Origin: an uncultured virus (IMG/VR IMGVR_UViG_3300005683_000014)
Taxonomy: Duplodnaviria; Heunggongvirae; Uroviricota; Caudoviricetes
DNA length: 20,000 nt
Virus record (IMG/VR): IMGVR_UViG_3300005683_000014
Strand: one strand, 5' to 3'
Shown here: positions 18,180 through 20,000 of the stretch, one piece after another
Layout of the letters: each line of letters begins with the position of its first letter
Numbering within the stretch: the stretch's first letter is position 1
The notes under the pieces: model-generated
Database searches by the model: none
What the model was told of the DNA's origin: nothing
The model's input: the letters and a program-made list of their open reading frames with translations, nothing else
Translations under genes and position numbers: made by a program

Positions 18180-18559
18180 ACGCGCCCGAGCCCTACATCC
18201 CGCTCGTTGACCTCGTGAAGGCCAATACTTGGTGCATGTTCACGCAGCAGCGGTTCTATCCTCACGTGCCCTCGTATGCGCGGCGTATCGCGGTCCGATG
18301 GGCCAAGTCGCGAGGCCTGGAAATGAAGTCGGCCTTCAACTTCCCGAAGCATGACTTCATCCACGCACGTCTAGGACTTGGCACGGATTGTGAAGGCATA
18401 GTGCTGGCCGTGGAGCACCTTCTCCAGTGGCCGCACTGTCAAGAAGTGTGGACCTCGAAGCAGAAGTTGAGCTGCGCTACAACTTCACCGACGCGCGAGC
18501 TTTCCAAGCATTTCAACGAGTTCCGGCCCTCGTACAGGAGATGGAGACCTGGGAAGTGA
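18176..18559 (+). CDS. Hypothetical protein
   Basis: GTG 18176 follows AGGAGG and overlaps the upstream stop as GTGA. Confidence 0.6.
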   Translation: MNAPEPYIPLVDLVKANTWCMFTQQRFYPHVPSYARRIAVRWAKSRGLEMKSAFNFPKHDFIHARLGLGTDCEGIVLAVEHLLQWPHCQEVWTSKQKLSCATTSPTRELSKHFNEFRPSYRRWRPGK

Positions 18560-18606
18560 AAAAAGTTCCGTAGCGCTCTTGACGGTCACCAACCGGTTCT
18601 GATACT
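18559..18606 (+). promoter_or_regulatory. Sigma70-type promoter for the parB-like gene
   Basis: A-tract, TTGACG (18579-18584), 16 bp, GATACT (18601-18606). Confidence 0.55.
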
Positions 18607-18659
18607 CGACTCATCACAGGGCACGACGCCCCATCCCGAAAGGGAAAGGAAAAGACAAC

Positions 18660-19673
18660 ATGGCTTCCAAGACTCTCATCAGCGGTGACGGCGTGCAGAA
18701 GATGAACAATGCCTTCCGCGTGGACCCGAACCTTCTCCTCATCGTGGGCATCGACACGGAGCATCGCTCGACGGACGAGCACTGGGCCTTCGACCCGCGC
18801 ATCACGCTGCCCATCGACGAGAACAAACTCGCGAACATCCAGGCCTTCGGCGTCCAGAAGCCGGTGCGCGTGGAGAAGGTGGACCTGGAGGACGGCACTC
18901 CCCAGTACATCGTGGTCGACGGCCGTCAGCGTGTGCGCATGGCTCGGGAGGCGAACAAACGCCTCAAGAAGGCCGGCGAGCCCACCCTGGAGGTCCCCTG
19001 CATCATCGAGAAGGGCAGTGACGAGGACACCCTGGTCAGCCTGAACACCAGCCTCAACGAGGTGTCGGTGCAGGACGACCTCCTCGCCAAGGCCGAGAAG
19101 GCGGCCCGGCTCAAGGTGCGCGGCAAGACCATCAACCAGATTGCCGAAATCTTCGGTAAGACTCCGAACACCATCCGCAACTACCTGCACATCCACAGCC
19201 TGCCGGAGGACATGAAGGTCGCGGTCAAGAAGGGCAAGGTCACCGTCGCAGCGGCCATCGCCATGGCACAGAAGTCGCTGGAGGAGCGCACGAAGCTCCT
19301 GGAGACCATCCCCGAGGGTAACCCCTCGCAGGAGGCCCAGGCCGAGACCGAGGGCGACGATGGCGGCGACGTCCCGGTGAAAGGCGGTCCGGCCAAGGTC
19401 CACAAGCCGAAGACCCCCATCAAGATTCGGCGGCGCGGTCCCTCGGCGCGCGAGGTCAAGGGTGAGCTGACCCCGAAGAAGTTCCGGGAGATGCTCCTGG
19501 AATGCCTGAACAACGAGACCCTCGGCAAGAAGCTCGACCCCCAGTTCCGGCTCGGCGTCGAAGTGGCCTTCCAGCTCAAACCACTGAAGGACTTGAACAA
19601 GACGATGCGCTCGGTGTTCCAGCCCATCATCGATGTGACCAGCCCGGAGACCCCGCCGGCCGTACTCGACTGA
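18660..19673 (+). CDS. ParB/Spo0J-like protein (ParB N-terminal domain plus HTH)
   Basis: LANIQAFGVQKPVRV, IVVDGRQRVRMA, SLNE, and HTH GKTINQIAEIFGKTPNTIRNYL, then AVKKGKVTVAAA. Confidence 0.85.
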   Translation: MASKTLISGDGVQKMNNAFRVDPNLLLIVGIDTEHRSTDEHWAFDPRITLPIDENKLANIQAFGVQKPVRVEKVDLEDGTPQYIVVDGRQRVRMAREANKRLKKAGEPTLEVPCIIEKGSDEDTLVSLNTSLNEVSVQDDLLAKAEKAARLKVRGKTINQIAEIFGKTPNTIRNYLHIHSLPEDMKVAVKKGKVTVAAAIAMAQKSLEERTKLLETIPEGNPSQEAQAETEGDDGGDVPVKGGPAKVHKPKTPIKIRRRGPSAREVKGELTPKKFREMLLECLNNETLGKKLDPQFRLGVEVAFQLKPLKDLNKTMRSVFQPIIDVTSPETPPAVLD

Positions 19674-19684
19674 AACAAAGAATA

Positions 19685-19717
19685 GGGGAGGAGTGAAATA
19701 GATTCTTCCTCCTCTCT
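19685..19717 (+). terminator. Possible hairpin or terminator after the parB-like gene
   Basis: GGGGAGGAG can pair with CTCCTCTCT (using G-U pairs); weak U-tract. Confidence 0.35.
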
Positions 19718-19725
19718 CCTTGTAC

Positions 19726-19754
19726 TTGACCTAGAATTGTGATTCTGGTAGTGT
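19726..19754 (+). promoter_or_regulatory. Sigma70-type promoter
   Basis: TTGACC (19726-19731), 17 bp, TAGTGT (19749-19754) with extended TG; near-palindrome AGAAT...ATTCT in the spacer. Confidence 0.6.
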
Positions 19755-19809
19755 CCACACTCCCGGGTCCGGGTGGACCCATGACCCTATCAACAGGGAG
19801 GGCTCACCT

Positions 19810-20000
19810 ATGAGCAATGTTCGTGACGTGACTCTTCAGGCATCGGTTACCAAGACCGCGACCTTCAACTCGACCGGTGTCATCACTGAGGGCCAGAATT
19901 ACGGTACCGTGATTCAGTCACTGTGGAAGCGCGCTTCGATCCTTCTCGCGGTCACTGCCGCGTCGGGCACTACCCCGACACTAGACCTGAAGATTCAGGA
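19810..20000 (+). CDS. Probable virion-associated beta-rich protein, 3' truncated
   Basis: SD GGAGG; MSNVRDVTLQASVTKTATFNSTG...LLAVTAASGTTPTLDLKIQ. Thr-rich beta-strand pattern; open to the window end. Confidence 0.6.
   Translation, partial: MSNVRDVTLQASVTKTATFNSTGVITEGQNYGTVIQSLWKRASILLAVTAASGTTPTLDLKIQ

Overview
This GC-rich window is densely coded and every credible gene lies on the + strand, mostly with ATGA/GTGA/TAATG coupled junctions. It reads as the DNA replication and nucleotide metabolism module of a tailed dsDNA phage or prophage. In order it encodes a metallophosphoesterase (5' partial), a PD-(D/E)XK Fe-S exonuclease, an AEP primase-PriCT-P-loop NTPase fusion, a monomeric class II (B12) ribonucleotide reductase, a Tad2/DUF2829 anti-defence sponge, an SF2 helicase, an extremely acidic protein spanning an assembly gap, an SSB-like protein, a family A DNA polymerase with atypical motifs B and C, a Cys-rich lipoprotein, a dATP/dGTP diphosphohydrolase-domain protein, small hypotheticals, a ParB-like protein and the start of a probable virion protein. 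The most notable observations are: (1) tad2 and its neighbour sit in nested direct repeats that could excise them precisely; (2) a three-copy hairpin with compensatory base changes follows stop codons; (3) a D-[LF]-D-A-L-[FL] peptide is shared by the N-termini of the polymerase, the helicase and an internal start in the exonuclease, which suggests a replisome docking motif; (4) there are further candidate nucleotide-sponge proteins. All family calls come from motif recognition by eye; no database search was run.
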